From the NCBI GenBank assembly GCA_964573695.1, contig CAZNKB010000002.1, forward strand, positions 44,302 to 108,301: a DNA stretch of 64,000 nt. Reading direction: 5' to 3'. How positions within the stretch are numbered: position 1 is the stretch's first letter; every line of letters begins with the position of its first letter. A program made the position numbers and the translations under genes. A model generated the notes under the pieces. That model did no database searches, was not told the origin of the DNA, and saw nothing but the letters and a program-made list of their open reading frames with translations. This stretch comes from an uncultured Gammaproteobacteria bacterium. GTDB lineage: Bacteria > Patescibacteriota > Microgenomatia > UBA10105 > UBA927. Shown one piece after another: positions 27,737 through 39,944 of the stretch.

Positions 27737-28585
27737 TCACGTAGCCCCAGGATAAAGTGTGATCAGTATCTCCCTTATCCTTGTTACCGAAACCAAATGA
27801 CCGTCAGACGGGTACACAATAAGCTTCGATCGAGGCAGCTTGTCGGAGTAAAAATATCCCATGTGTACAATATCAGGATAGTCATCGGCGCCGTACCATA
27901 GGTATATAAATTTTTTGATCTTCTTGAGTTGAAATCCCCAATCTTTTGCCATGATAGCGAGCTCATGCGATGGCCCTTGCGAACCATTTCGAAACGCTTC
28001 TTTCATAGTTTCATGCCCACGCTTAAGCAAAGCTGCGTTTTGATAGAGCCTTCTATCTGCTCTCCCCCATATAAATCTGTACGCGCGGATAGAAAATCCA
28101 TAGTACGTGTTTATGTACTGAATCCTGACCAGGATATTTTGAACCCAACGAATTGTTCCTAACCATAGACGCCAGTCAAATGATCTTCCTTTTGCATACT
28201 CCTTCACTGGCGCAGGACCCACAACTATACCTATATGGGAAATCCGCCTAGGTATTTTATACGCACAGGCAAGGGCATACGGACTTCCTCCAGATACGCC
28301 CAAAATGGAAAATCTCTTAAGCCCCAAGTGATCTGCTATTGCCACGACATCATCTGGCCAATCCAGCAAAACTCTTCCTTCCTGATAATCAGACGCGCCA
28401 AATCCCGGTCTGTCTGGAGCGATAATACGAATACCCCTACGTTTTGCTATCTTGTCGTATATGGCTGCGCTCACATGGCTCGCTGGCCAGCCATGAAAAT
28501 ACAACACCGGCGTGCCCAGGGAATCTCCATATTCAAAAACAGATATTTTACGCTGATTGGGTCGCACCACAATAAATTGTCGCAT
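27737..28585 (-). CDS. Alpha/beta hydrolase
   Basis: HGWP, PDRPGFGAS, GVSGG nucleophile elbow, C-terminal GH. Confidence 0.92.
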   Translation of the reverse strand: MRQFIVVRPNQRKISVFEYGDSLGTPVLYFHGWPASHVSAAIYDKIAKRRGIRIIAPDRPGFGASDYQEGRVLLDWPDDVVAIADHLGLKRFSILGVSGGSPYALACAYKIPRRISHIGIVVGPAPVKEYAKGRSFDWRLWLGTIRWVQNILVRIQYINTYYGFSIRAYRFIWGRADRRLYQNAALLKRGHETMKEAFRNGSQGPSHELAIMAKDWGFQLKKIKKFIYLWYGADDYPDIVHMGYFYSDKLPRSKLIVYPSDGHLVSVTRIREILITLYPGAT

Positions 28586-28650
28586 AGGCTTGAAATACGT
28601 ATATTTTTATAGTGTTTTATAAAGGCATACGTGTATAATACACAAGATAC

Positions 28651-29301
28651 ATGATGACCACACAAGACAAAGCGCTCGAAATATATAAGCGGCTCGCCAA
28701 AGCGACACCGAACCCCAAAGTGGAACTCAATTTTTCCAATCCTTTTGAACTGCTGGTCGCCACCATGCTGGCCGCCCAATGTACGGACAAACTGGTAAAC
28801 TCAGTCACCCCTGCGTTATTTTCCAAATACAAAACAATAAAAAGTTTTGCCGACGCAACACCGGACCAAATTGATCTCATGATTACCAAAATCAATTTCC
28901 ACGCAAACAAGGCAAAAAACATCCACGTTGCGGCTTGTATGATCATGGATACATACGGTGGCGCGGTTCCCAAAACCATGGAGGAACTGGACGCGCTCCC
29001 CGGCGTAGCCAGAAAAACAGCAAACGTGGTATTGGGAAGTGCGTTCGGGATCACCTCGGGCATCGTCATCGACACCCACGGCATACGGCTCTCAAACAAA
29101 CTCGGGTTAACCACCCAAAAAGATCCGGTAAAAATCGAGCAAGACCTAATGAAGCTTCTGCCCCGAGACACATGGATCAAATTCGGGCATTTGCTGACCC
29201 TTCACGGAAGATACGTATGCACCGCTCGCCCGCACACGTGTGAGGGATGTCCGCTTAATGACCTGTGTCCGGAATATCCAAGCTGGCACCGTTCCCGCTA
29301 A
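28651..29301 (+). CDS. nth: Endonuclease III
   Basis: HhH LPGVARKTANVV, IDTH, C-x6-C-x2-C-x5-C iron-sulfur motif. Confidence 0.95.
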   Translation: MMTTQDKALEIYKRLAKATPNPKVELNFSNPFELLVATMLAAQCTDKLVNSVTPALFSKYKTIKSFADATPDQIDLMITKINFHANKAKNIHVAACMIMDTYGGAVPKTMEELDALPGVARKTANVVLGSAFGITSGIVIDTHGIRLSNKLGLTTQKDPVKIEQDLMKLLPRDTWIKFGHLLTLHGRYVCTARPHTCEGCPLNDLCPEYPSWHRSR

Positions 29302-29342
29302 ATTCTTGGGCAGAAATTTTCCGAACTTGTTATAATGGCCTC

Positions 29343-29651
29343 ATGAAGGGATTTATCGATTTCGTGCGGGAACAGGGAGTCGTCGGGCTTGCCGTCGGAT
29401 TTATCCTTGGGGGAGCGGTCTCCGCGCTGGTAAAGGCATTTATCGAAGATATCATCAGTCCCCTTCTTGCCCTGGGCATGAGCAATCTAAGCAGCCTGCA
29501 GGACGCGTACCTTCAAATTGGCTCCGCAAAAATCATGTGGGGAAGTTTCCTAAACGACATCATCAACTTTCTCGTCATTGCCTTTGTCGTGTACTTCGGA
29601 GTAAAGATCCTCAAACTCGACAAACTGGACAAGAAAAAAGCAGACAAGTAA
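29343..29651 (+). CDS. mscL: Large-conductance mechanosensitive channel
   Basis: MKGFIDF...GVVGLAVGFILGGA...FLNDIINFLVIAF. Confidence 0.9.
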   Translation: MKGFIDFVREQGVVGLAVGFILGGAVSALVKAFIEDIISPLLALGMSNLSSLQDAYLQIGSAKIMWGSFLNDIINFLVIAFVVYFGVKILKLDKLDKKKADK

Positions 29652-29672
29652 GCTGCCCGGTACATTATTTAT

Positions 29673-30362
29673 ATGCTCTTTAGGAAGCGGTTCAACAAAT
29701 TTGCCGATAAACGCGGCACATGGTTTCTCAAACGGCTCGAGGATTCCCTTGTCACTAAAATTCTTCCCTACCTACCTCCGTGGCTTGAGACATACCACCT
29801 GACGCTCGCGACGTTTTTTTGGATCGTACTCATCATCCTGGGAGGATACCTTGCCACCGAAAATATGAATTACCTCTGGATCATGTCTGTCGGCGTCATG
29901 GGTCAGTACATCACCGACCGTCTGGACGGTGAGGTGGGAAGGGCGCGCAACACAGGGCTTATTAAGTGGGGATTTTATATGGATCATTTCCTGGACTACC
30001 TGTTCCTTTGCTCTATCGTCATCAGTTATTGGTTCCTCACGCCATACGAGTACAAATATATTCTCTTTGTAGTACTCGCTATAAGTGCCGCGTATTTCGT
30101 CCACACGATACTTTATTTCGGCGTAACCGGACAGTTTGAAATCTCCAGCGAAGGATTCGGCCCGTCGGAATTTCGTGTTATGGTGATTGCAATCAATACC
30201 ATGCTTATCTACCTTGATCGCATCATTTTTGTGCCGCTCATGATTACGTTCCTGTGCGGCAACATCATATATCTCATTGTGAGCATATACCGTTCCCAAC
30301 ACAAAATCTGGGACATGGATATGACCTTCAAACACAAACAGGACAGGTTCCGATCCAACTGA
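29673..30362 (+). CDS. CDP-alcohol phosphatidyltransferase family protein
   Basis: DRLDGEVGR...GFYMDHFLD signature. Confidence 0.88.
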   Translation: MLFRKRFNKFADKRGTWFLKRLEDSLVTKILPYLPPWLETYHLTLATFFWIVLIILGGYLATENMNYLWIMSVGVMGQYITDRLDGEVGRARNTGLIKWGFYMDHFLDYLFLCSIVISYWFLTPYEYKYILFVVLAISAAYFVHTILYFGVTGQFEISSEGFGPSEFRVMVIAINTMLIYLDRIIFVPLMITFLCGNIIYLIVSIYRSQHKIWDMDMTFKHKQDRFRSN

Positions 30363-30746
30363 TTACGAGACATTCTTAAGATGCCGAAGACCGGAAATCC
30401 GAAGCGTAAGCGGGTCCAGTACGACCGCGATCACGTCTATGCGAACGCTCACCGTTTCCCAAGGATGTATATGAAGATAATACTGAGCGGTCTTTACCAC
30501 TTCCTGCAATTTCTTCGGGGTCACGGACTCCTCCGGCGTGCCAAAAGCGTTATTGCTTCTGGTTTTGACCTCCACAAATACCAGTGTTTCGTTTTCACGC
30601 GCAATGATATCTATTTCGCCGTAACGGGCTTTGAAGTTACGCGTGACAATGGTGAAACCATTCGAGAGGAGATAACCTACTGCGGCGTCTTCGCCGATGT
30701 TGCCGATATTACTTGATTGGCTTGGCTTGAACTGCTTCGGCAACAC
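30363..30746 (-). CDS. YraN/UPF0102 family nuclease-fold protein
   Basis: GEDAA...GEIDII...VFVEVKTR...RIDVIAV. Confidence 0.92.
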   Translation of the reverse strand: MLPKQFKPSQSSNIGNIGEDAAVGYLLSNGFTIVTRNFKARYGEIDIIARENETLVFVEVKTRSNNAFGTPEESVTPKKLQEVVKTAQYYLHIHPWETVSVRIDVIAVVLDPLTLRISGLRHLKNVS

Positions 30747-31119
30747 GGTTTGCCTCTTTTCCTAATTTACCGCGCAGATAATATAATTTGGCGCGCTTGA
30801 CGCTTCCGTGTTTCTTAACGTCCACTTTTCTGATCCATGGGGAGATAAGTGGGAAAATACGCTCGATCCCTATGGCGGCCGCGCCGATTTTGCGTACCGT
30901 AAACATGGCGTTTGCTTTACTTCCCTTGATCGCAATCACGATACCTTCAAAGATTTGGATACGCTCGCGGGTTTCTTCTTTGACTTCACGCTTTGTTTTG
31001 CCGGCTACCTTTTCCTTTTCGATCAGTTTGTAGTGCACGCGTACCGTATCGCCGACGTGGATGTCGACCTGTAAATCTTTCTCACCGTCTTTGCCATTCC
31101 AAACAATGTGGTTTGCCAT
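30709..31119 (-). CDS. rplS: 50S ribosomal protein L19
   Basis: GDTVRVH...RIQIFEGIVI...GIERIFP...VKRAKLYYLR. Confidence 0.96.
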   Translation of the reverse strand: MANHIVWNGKDGEKDLQVDIHVGDTVRVHYKLIEKEKVAGKTKREVKEETRERIQIFEGIVIAIKGSKANAMFTVRKIGAAAIGIERIFPLISPWIRKVDVKKHGSVKRAKLYYLRGKLGKEANRVAEAVQAKPIK

Positions 31120-31170
31120 ATAATCGTGTAAGAGGCTTATTTTACCATTCCCGCGAGCTTGACACAAGCT

Positions 31171-32838
31171 CTACCTGCCGAGACAGGCGCGGATGTAGGT
31201 AACAAACAACGGATGGGGTACGAGCGGGCTCGACCGGTACTCCGGGTGATATTGGGTACCCAGGAAAAACGGATGTACGGACTGAGGCAACTCCACGATT
31301 TCCGCAAGGTTCTCGACGATAGAACGCCCGGAAAACACGAGCCCCTTGTCCTCTAACTGTTTGGTAAATTCATCGTTGAATTCATAGCGGTGGCGGTGAC
31401 GCTCCCATACGGTTCTTTTTTCCGGGTTGGCGTAGCCATTGTGAGACCGATAACTTTGATCCGCGATCGAGCCTTCCTTGACCTCGCACTCCCAACGACC
31501 GAGCCTCATGGTGCCACCGTAGGCGCGGCGCTTCTGATTTTCCTCCTGCATCGGATTCATGTGAATGACCGGATACGGGGTTTTCTCATCGCATTCTGTC
31601 GTATTGGCATTGGTAAGTCCCAAGACATTACGCGCGTACTCCACGACAGCCAGCTGCATCCCGTAGCACAGGCCTAAATAGGGAATTTTCTGCTCACGGG
31701 CGTATCGTATGGCCTCCAGCATACCTTCTACTCCTCTGGGTCCCCAGCCGATCGGTACGATAACACCGGACACTCCGGAAAGGAGTGACTCGGCAGTTGC
31801 TCCTTTTTCGATTTTCTCGGAATTTACCCAACGGGTTTTGACCGTCACCCCTTCGTTCCAACCGGCATGATCAATCGCATCCATAAGTGCCGCATATGAA
31901 TCCCGTAGTTCATAATCCCCGGTACCGAAATATTTACCTACGATAGCTACTTCGATCGTTTTTTTCTTGCTCGCCTTGACACGGTCAAGCATCGCGGACC
32001 ATTGCGTCAGGTCTGCTGATCGGTCCGGAAGGTTAAATAAGGCCAGTATCTTTTGGGCGAACCCCTGTTCTTCGAACGTCTGCGGCACGGCATACGGAGT
32101 GGATTCGTCGGGATTATTGATGACGTTTTCGGGGGCGACATTACAAAACATGGCCAGTCGCTCGCGTCGCCGGATATCTATGGCCTTTTCTCCCCGACAC
32201 ACGATGAAGTCAGGCTGAATACCCATAGACAAGAGGAATTTGACCGAAAGCTGTGTGGGTTTGGTTTTGGGTTCCCCGAGATGATGCGGAGTCGGCAGAT
32301 AGCTCACGTGGACGTGGACAACCGGTGCTTTTTTGACTGTTTTTAGAATTCGCGAGGCTTCGTAGTAGAGCATATTCTGATATTCACCGGCGGTTCCCCC
32401 CAGCTCAACCACGACGATTTCCGCACCGTCTTTTTTGGCCGCAGTCTCTATGCGCCCCAATATCTCATCGGTGATATGCGGAATTGCCTCAACATCCTCC
32501 CCCTTGTATTCGAAGTTACGCTCCCGCCCGATAACGGCCGAATAGATCTGGCCCATGGTTACGAAATTGTGGCGGTGGACGTTTTTGCCCAGGAATTTCT
32601 CGTAGGTTCCCATATCCATATCGGCCTCGGTACCGTCATCACAAAGGAACGGATCGCCGTGCTCGATCGGATTGATGAGTCCGGAGTCCACGTTTAAGTA
32701 GTTTTCAAACTTTATGGGGGTGACCTTATAGCCTCTTGCCTGAAGGAGTAATCCTATGGAGGCGGTCGTGATGCCCTTCCCTAATCCGGAGAGTACGCCT
32801 CCCGAAACGAAAATATATTTAGGTTCAGTAAGGTGCAT
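31171..32838 (-). CDS. pyrG: CTP synthase
   Basis: GGVLSGLGKG, KTKPTQ, GLCYGMQ, ERHRHRYE, QYHPE. Confidence 0.97.
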   Translation of the reverse strand: MHLTEPKYIFVSGGVLSGLGKGITTASIGLLLQARGYKVTPIKFENYLNVDSGLINPIEHGDPFLCDDGTEADMDMGTYEKFLGKNVHRHNFVTMGQIYSAVIGRERNFEYKGEDVEAIPHITDEILGRIETAAKKDGAEIVVVELGGTAGEYQNMLYYEASRILKTVKKAPVVHVHVSYLPTPHHLGEPKTKPTQLSVKFLLSMGIQPDFIVCRGEKAIDIRRRERLAMFCNVAPENVINNPDESTPYAVPQTFEEQGFAQKILALFNLPDRSADLTQWSAMLDRVKASKKKTIEVAIVGKYFGTGDYELRDSYAALMDAIDHAGWNEGVTVKTRWVNSEKIEKGATAESLLSGVSGVIVPIGWGPRGVEGMLEAIRYAREQKIPYLGLCYGMQLAVVEYARNVLGLTNANTTECDEKTPYPVIHMNPMQEENQKRRAYGGTMRLGRWECEVKEGSIADQSYRSHNGYANPEKRTVWERHRHRYEFNDEFTKQLEDKGLVFSGRSIVENLAEIVELPQSVHPFFLGTQYHPEYRSSPLVPHPLFVTYIRACLGR

Positions 32839-32905
32839 GGTTTAAGATACCAAAAAATACCCACCCCGTCAACTCTCCCCCCGTTTGGAAGTGGAGTAAT
32901 CAGGG

Positions 32906-33418
32906 CTATTTTTTCTCTGTCTTGCGGCTCTTTTTTGCGGTGAGGTTTGATGTTTTGGACTTACCTTTGTCGCCAAAATTCTTCCGAAACAATGAATAAA
33001 AAATATCCCCCTTGGTAATCACACCCACGACCTGATCCTCGTCGTTTAAAACCGGCAACTGATCCACATGGCGCACGATCATCCGGGACAACGCCCGCAT
33101 CACAAGGGTTGACTCCCGGGAAAAAATAACGGTCCTGCACATGATATCTTTTGCCTTGATAGGTGCCATTTCGCGTATACGCTCTTCCATAGCCTCAAAA
33201 TCCTGAGGAGTCTCCAAATAGTCCATGACATCCTGATATTTAGGATACAGGCGCTCCAAAATATCTTTGCGGGTCACGATACCTACGAGTTTTCCGGTAC
33301 TGTTTACTACGGGCATCGTATGGATATGGGTGGAAAAAATTTTCTTACAGAGGTCACGATACGTCGTTTCTGGGGTAACCGTCATCACCGCTCTAGACAT
33401 GATTTCTGATACTGTCAT
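32906..33418 (-). CDS. CBS-pair protein
   Basis: Two CBS repeats (VSEIMS...PVV...GIVT; KDIM...LPV...GVIT). Confidence 0.9.
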   Translation of the reverse strand: MTVSEIMSRAVMTVTPETTYRDLCKKIFSTHIHTMPVVNSTGKLVGIVTRKDILERLYPKYQDVMDYLETPQDFEAMEERIREMAPIKAKDIMCRTVIFSRESTLVMRALSRMIVRHVDQLPVLNDEDQVVGVITKGDIFYSLFRKNFGDKGKSKTSNLTAKKSRKTEKK

Positions 33419-33483
33419 AGATCGTGTTTTACAAAGTATACCACAGATCAAAATATTCTTGTCAAATACGAGAAAAATGACAG

Positions 33484-33918
33484 TTACTGCATGCGGAACG
33501 GCGAGGCTTTGCGCTTACGCTTACTTACCTTGAGCTCTAGAAGTGACCTGTGAAGTATGGCAACCGCCTGCGCGAGCTCTTCGCCCTTGGCTTTGCGGGC
33601 GATCAGCAATTTGGCCGATTCCATAGCCTTGTGGATCTCTGATTCGTTCACCTCATCGGCATGGACCGCGCGCGAGACCAATATGGACACTTCGCCCTTT
33701 TTCCGTACCTCCATGAATCCTCCGCCGATAGCAAGATAAAATTCCTTGCCGCCGGACATGATCTTCACCTCTCCCGGGGCTAGTTGGGAAAACAGCGGCT
33801 CGTGGTTTGCAAGCACCTCTATCGTCCCGTCGGGTGTGGGCACGGATACGGCGTCAACTTTTTCCGAAAACGCTTTCCGCTGTGGTGTGATGACATCAAG
33901 AAGAAATTGATTATTCAT
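33484..33918 (-). CDS. atpC: ATP synthase epsilon subunit
   Basis: VITP...G...LANHEP...GGFMEV; operon position. Confidence 0.94.
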   Translation of the reverse strand: MNNQFLLDVITPQRKAFSEKVDAVSVPTPDGTIEVLANHEPLFSQLAPGEVKIMSGGKEFYLAIGGGFMEVRKKGEVSILVSRAVHADEVNESEIHKAMESAKLLIARKAKGEELAQAVAILHRSLLELKVSKRKRKASPFRMQ

Positions 33919-33977
33919 AATCCTGCTATGTACTTATGAAGCATCTGGCAAGGTCAACGGGATGAATGAGTATATAC

Positions 33978-35399
<1,422 letters not shown>

Positions 35400-36254
35400 T
35401 TATTCAACTGCCAATCTGGCGGTGACCATATCGGTAATTTCGTACGTGATTTTTTCCTGTCGTGCTTTGTTGTATTGGAGCGTCAGGTCGTCCTGAAGCG
35501 AGTTGGCATTGTCTGTTGCGTTGTGCATGGCGATCATCCGTGCGGAATGCTCAGCCGCCTCAGCCTGAAGCACGGCATCGCGGATCTGGTTTTCTACGTA
35601 GTGCGGCAAAAGCGCGGCAAACACTTCTTCGACACTCGGCTCGATCAAAAATTCATACGTCCCTTCGTCATCCTGGGCTGCCTCCCCGGTTATGGTTAAG
35701 GGCAATATGGTCTTCATCCTTGGAATCTGCTTAGAAACGGACAAAAACTCATTTGACACCAAATCAACCGCATCGTACGACTCGGTCAAAAACTGCTCAG
35801 TCAGATACGCAACCAGCGCGGGTACCACGCGCTCCCAAGGTGTTGTGTCAGAAAAATCCGCTTTTACCCCATGACCAAGCCGGGTAACGAAATCGGCACC
35901 CTTTTTGCCTATCGAGACGACATCATAAGAAGCATTGTGCGGGTACTGTTTCATAAAAAAACGAAACAGCGAGGTATTGAGCCCTCCGCACAGTCCTTTG
36001 TTGGTGGAAAGGAGTACGACGAGACGTTTTCCGGTCAACGGCGGAGTCTGAAGCAATTTATGATTGCGAAAGTCGGTGCGTTTGGCCAGTCGCATCACCA
36101 TTTCGTAAATTTTCTGGGCGTAAAGTTTGCCGGATAGTGCGGCAGCCTGTGCCTTTTTCATTTTGGCAGCGGCAACGAGTTCCATGGCTTTGGTGATCTG
36201 TGCGATGTTTTTCGCACTTTTGATTCTTCTTTTGATAAGACGGATGTTTGCCAT
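35400..36254 (-). CDS. atpG: ATP synthase gamma subunit
   Basis: ITKAMELVA, GLCGGLN, RQEKITYEI. Confidence 0.97.
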   Translation of the reverse strand: MANIRLIKRRIKSAKNIAQITKAMELVAAAKMKKAQAAALSGKLYAQKIYEMVMRLAKRTDFRNHKLLQTPPLTGKRLVVLLSTNKGLCGGLNTSLFRFFMKQYPHNASYDVVSIGKKGADFVTRLGHGVKADFSDTTPWERVVPALVAYLTEQFLTESYDAVDLVSNEFLSVSKQIPRMKTILPLTITGEAAQDDEGTYEFLIEPSVEEVFAALLPHYVENQIRDAVLQAEAAEHSARMIAMHNATDNANSLQDDLTLQYNKARQEKITYEITDMVTARLAVE

Positions 36255-36256
36255 AC

Positions 36257-37765
36257 TTACTTAAATGACTTTTTGAATTCCGAAATCGCCGTTTCGAGAC
36301 CTTTTTCTATTTCAGGGGACAGCATCTTTTCTTTGGCGATGGCTCCCAGTACTTTACGATGCCTCGCGTGCATAAAACTTAAAAATTGGCTCTCAAAATC
36401 CGTCACGCGGTTGACGGGAATCTCATCGAGATATCCTTTGCTCCCTGCCCACATAATCGCGACTTGTAACGAAACGGAAACCGGCTGGAACTGCCCCTGT
36501 TTCAAAAGCTCCATCATGCGGGATCCGCGGGCGATTTGTTTTTTGGTTATATCGTCGACATCCGAGGCAAATTGGGCAAATGCCGCCAAATCCCTAAATT
36601 GTGCCAAATCGAGACGCAAATTCCCCGAGACTTTTTTCATCGCCTTTATCTGTGCGCTGCCTCCGACGCGCGATACGGACAATCCGACGTTGACTGCGGG
36701 GCGCTGCCCGCTGTTAAACAGGTCGCTCTCAAGGTAAATTTGCCCGTCGGTAATGGAAATAACGTTTGTCGGAATATAGGCGGACATATCTCCTGCCTGT
36801 GTTTCGATGATCGGAAGTGCGGTAATGGAACCTCCTCCGCGAGCCTCGGAAAGTCGGCATGCACGCTCGAGTAACCGGCTATGGAGATAAAACACGTCTC
36901 CCGGATATGCCTCACGCCCGGAAGGCCTGCGGAGCGTTAAGGATATCTGTCGGTAGGCCCAGGCATGTTTGGACAAATCATCGTAGATCACAAGCACGTC
37001 TTTACCTTTGTCCATGAAATATTCGCCGAGTGCGCACCCTGCATAAGGCGCCAAATATTGGTACGGCACCGGGTCGCTTGCCGTAGCTGCCACGATAATC
37101 GTGTGCTCCATGGCATTGTGCTTTTCCAAATCGGCGATGACCTGCGCTACTCTGCTGGTTTTTTGGCCAATCGCGACATAAATACAGATCACGTTTTCCC
37201 CTTTTTGGTTGATAATCGTATCCACGGCAATCGCTGTCTTTCCCGTGCTTCGATCCCCGATGATAAGCTCGCGCTGACCGCGCCCTATGGGAATCATCGC
37301 GTCGATTGCCTTGATGCCCGTCTGAAGCGGCGTCGTAACCGGCTGCCGGTGTACGACCCCCGATGCGATCTGTTCCATGGGATAACGGGTCTTGGAGGGA
37401 ATTGTTCCTTTGGCATCGATTGGCTCTCCCAGCGGGTTTATGACGCGACCTATGTACGCCTCCCCGACGGGAACAGAAAGCAGCGTACCGGTGCTTCGCA
37501 CTTCGTCGCCTTCCTTAAGCTTGAGGTAATCCCCAAGCACCATAATACCGACCTCTTCTTCCTCGAGGTTGACGACCACGCCCTGTATACCATTTGCAAA
37601 CGTCACGAGTTCAAGATATTTCGCTCCCGGTAATCCGGAAGCCTTGGCGACGCCGTCTGCCAGGGTGGTAAGGTATCCTACGCGTCTGGCCTTGGCGCCA
37701 GTTTCGAAGCTTTCTAATTTTTTGACAAGTTCTTTCGCAATGAGGGATGCTGTATTTGTTTTCAT
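36257..37765 (-). CDS. atpA: ATP synthase alpha subunit
   Basis: [27 protein letters not shown]. Confidence 0.98.
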   Translation of the reverse strand: MKTNTASLIAKELVKKLESFETGAKARRVGYLTTLADGVAKASGLPGAKYLELVTFANGIQGVVVNLEEEEVGIMVLGDYLKLKEGDEVRSTGTLLSVPVGEAYIGRVINPLGEPIDAKGTIPSKTRYPMEQIASGVVHRQPVTTPLQTGIKAIDAMIPIGRGQRELIIGDRSTGKTAIAVDTIINQKGENVICIYVAIGQKTSRVAQVIADLEKHNAMEHTIIVAATASDPVPYQYLAPYAGCALGEYFMDKGKDVLVIYDDLSKHAWAYRQISLTLRRPSGREAYPGDVFYLHSRLLERACRLSEARGGGSITALPIIETQAGDMSAYIPTNVISITDGQIYLESDLFNSGQRPAVNVGLSVSRVGGSAQIKAMKKVSGNLRLDLAQFRDLAAFAQFASDVDDITKKQIARGSRMMELLKQGQFQPVSVSLQVAIMWAGSKGYLDEIPVNRVTDFESQFLSFMHARHRKVLGAIAKEKMLSPEIEKGLETAISEFKKSFK

Positions 37766-37772
37766 ACGTTAC

Positions 37773-38129
37773 TTAAGAAACGGTTACTACCGTGGCCATT
37801 TCCCGAAGCTCATTTCGGATACTTGAATCCATAACCCAGTCTGCCATGATGACCCGAAGTCCTCCGATAAGGGACGGGTTGACGACACTCGTCAAGCTCA
37901 CCTCGTGTCCTGCTATACGGGAAAGGGCCCGGGCTATGCTTTGGGTCTCACCAAGCGTCAATTTGACGGCGGATTCCACTTTGGCCTGATGCTCATGCTT
38001 GGCTGAAGCCGACATTTTCCTAAGCAGTGACTCCACCTTTGGCGAGACGTCATTTGCTTTGCCGCCACGCTTGAGATGACTTATAACCCCGTCTACAAAT
38101 CCGCGGGCGTCTTTGGAAACAGATTTCAT
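37773..38129 (-). CDS. atpH: ATP synthase delta subunit (short form)
   Basis: C-terminal SAVKL...NPSLIGG...DSSIR; operon position; only 118 aa. Confidence 0.88.
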   Translation of the reverse strand: MKSVSKDARGFVDGVISHLKRGGKANDVSPKVESLLRKMSASAKHEHQAKVESAVKLTLGETQSIARALSRIAGHEVSLTSVVNPSLIGGLRVIMADWVMDSSIRNELREMATVVTVS

Positions 38130-38151
38130 ACGCGTCGAAATAGCCCTTATG

Positions 38152-38667
38152 TCAGGACGATTTCCCCTCCCGATCTGCCCATACTTCCAAGTCTTTTATC
38201 CTTTTGGAAATAAGCGCGTGCTGTTCTTTGGCGCTCATAACAGACGAAAGCAACCGCTTGGCCATAACGACCGCGAGATTGACCGCTTCCGCGGCTATCG
38301 CCTTCTTTTGGGATTTATGCGTTTCCTCCGCTTCCTGCTTGGCTCTCGTGATGATTGCCGCCGCCTGCGTATGTGCTTCCGCAACCAGCTCTTTTTCTAC
38401 CTCTTTTGCCTGTTTTTTGGCGTCTTCGATGATGAGGAGGGCGTCTTCCCGTGCCTTGGCGAGAGCCTTTTCCTGTTTCACTCTGAGCTTTTCTTCCTCA
38501 TCTTTGAGCTTGGCAGTCAGCTCAACGCCGTCTGCGATCTCCTTTTTCCGTTTCTCAAGCATCGTAAGGATCGGCTTGTAGAGCAGTTTCTGCAGCACAA
38601 AGATGATAACCAAAAAGTTAACAACCTGGGCTGCCAGTAATGATGGTTCAATACCTAATTTGTCCAT
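38152..38667 (-). CDS. atpF: ATP synthase b subunit
   Basis: QVVNFL...LYKPI...EKRKKEI followed by a coiled coil. Confidence 0.95.
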   Translation of the reverse strand: MDKLGIEPSLLAAQVVNFLVIIFVLQKLLYKPILTMLEKRKKEIADGVELTAKLKDEEEKLRVKQEKALAKAREDALLIIEDAKKQAKEVEKELVAEAHTQAAAIITRAKQEAEETHKSQKKAIAAEAVNLAVVMAKRLLSSVMSAKEQHALISKRIKDLEVWADREGKSS

Positions 38668-38681
38668 GAGTTACCAATGCT

Positions 38682-38909
38682 TTATACAAATTTAATGATA
38701 AGACCTACCACGAGCGAGTAAATAGCAATAGCTTCTGCGAATGCGATACCCAAAATCATACTCGTGCGAATCTCGTTAGCGGCTTCCGGGTTCCGACCCA
38801 TGGCCTCTAATGCTTTCCCCGTCAACAAACCGATTGCCAACGCCGGCATACCTCCGCCGATCGCGACAGTAAGACCCATCATAATCATACGAACTGATGC
38901 TTCATCCAT
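38682..38909 (-). CDS. atpE: ATP synthase c subunit
   Basis: RNPEA loop, AFAEAIAIY. EA rather than ES/ET suggests H+ coupling. Confidence 0.97.
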   Translation of the reverse strand: MDEASVRMIMMGLTVAIGGGMPALAIGLLTGKALEAMGRNPEAANEIRTSMILGIAFAEAIAIYSLVVGLIIKFV

Positions 38910-39028
38910 TTTACGCTCACCCCCTTCTATATCCGGAAAAAATTGTTTTTCCGGCTATTTAATGTTTATAAGTATATCGTGCTTTGTCTATAACGCAATA
39001 TGCATCACTTTGATGCATAGGCTCGGTC

Positions 39029-39913
39029 TTAGCTGTGTTCTCCCTCGCCGTGAGACACCGCCACGGAAAAAAACGCGGTCGACAACATGGAAAACACCAA
39101 TGCCTGGATAAGTCCGACGAACAGCTCCATCATAAGGAACGGCAATGGGACGATAAACGGCATAAGGAACGCAATCACCGCGAGAAGTACTTCTCCCGCA
39201 AAGATATTTCCGAATAACCGGAATGCGAATGAAATAACTTTGGATATGTCAGAAATAATTTCCAGAATACCCACGCTAAAGAGTATGGGGTCCTTGAAAT
39301 TGATAAACCTCCCTATATAATGGCCACCCAAATTCCGGAAGCCGAAATACTGCATGGCGATAACGGCAACGAGCGCTAACGCAAGCGTCATATTCAGGTC
39401 AGCAGTAGCCGCCCGAAGCAAAGGTACAAATTCCGGTTTCTCTTCGTGTTTTTCTTCAGCCGGCGGCTCGCTCGCTACCGGAGGTATTGCCTCAGGAGCT
39501 TCGGAAGGGGCACTGTTATGGTCTGCCGGTGTTTCCGCCGCGGGTTCCGACACCGGCAAAGATTGTGAAGCCGCTTCCTTGACGGCTTCTGTTCGGTAAA
39601 ATCCGACGGTGCCCACACCAGGGAGCAATCCCACCCAATTTGCCGTGAGAATAAACAGGAATAGCGAAGCGACGATAGGGAAAAACTGCTTGACGTGCCG
39701 GCCTGCGATAGCAGCAAAAAAATCATACAGCCCGCCGACGACCATTTCCGCGATAAGCTGGGCATTTGTGGGAATTATGGAGATTTTGCGACTGGCAAGA
39801 TACGACAAGACGATAAGGATCACCATGACGACCCATGTCGTGATAAACGCGTTTGAAACGGGCAGTCCTCCGACTGTCCACAATGTTTCCGCGGCAAGTG
39901 ATATATGCAACAT
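39029..39913 (-). CDS. atpB: ATP synthase a subunit
   Basis: FRLFGNIFAGE, LIQALVF. Confidence 0.96.
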   Translation of the reverse strand: MLHISLAAETLWTVGGLPVSNAFITTWVVMVILIVLSYLASRKISIIPTNAQLIAEMVVGGLYDFFAAIAGRHVKQFFPIVASLFLFILTANWVGLLPGVGTVGFYRTEAVKEAASQSLPVSEPAAETPADHNSAPSEAPEAIPPVASEPPAEEKHEEKPEFVPLLRAATADLNMTLALALVAVIAMQYFGFRNLGGHYIGRFINFKDPILFSVGILEIISDISKVISFAFRLFGNIFAGEVLLAVIAFLMPFIVPLPFLMMELFVGLIQALVFSMLSTAFFSVAVSHGEGEHS

Positions 39914-39944
39914 GATTAGCTAATTATATCGTTGTATCCTTCTA

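Noticed and set aside
38930-39020. Two hairpins between atpB and atpE as a mobile repeat
   Set aside because: No similarity to the other repeats; more simply explained as mRNA stability or processing elements that tune subunit stoichiometry.
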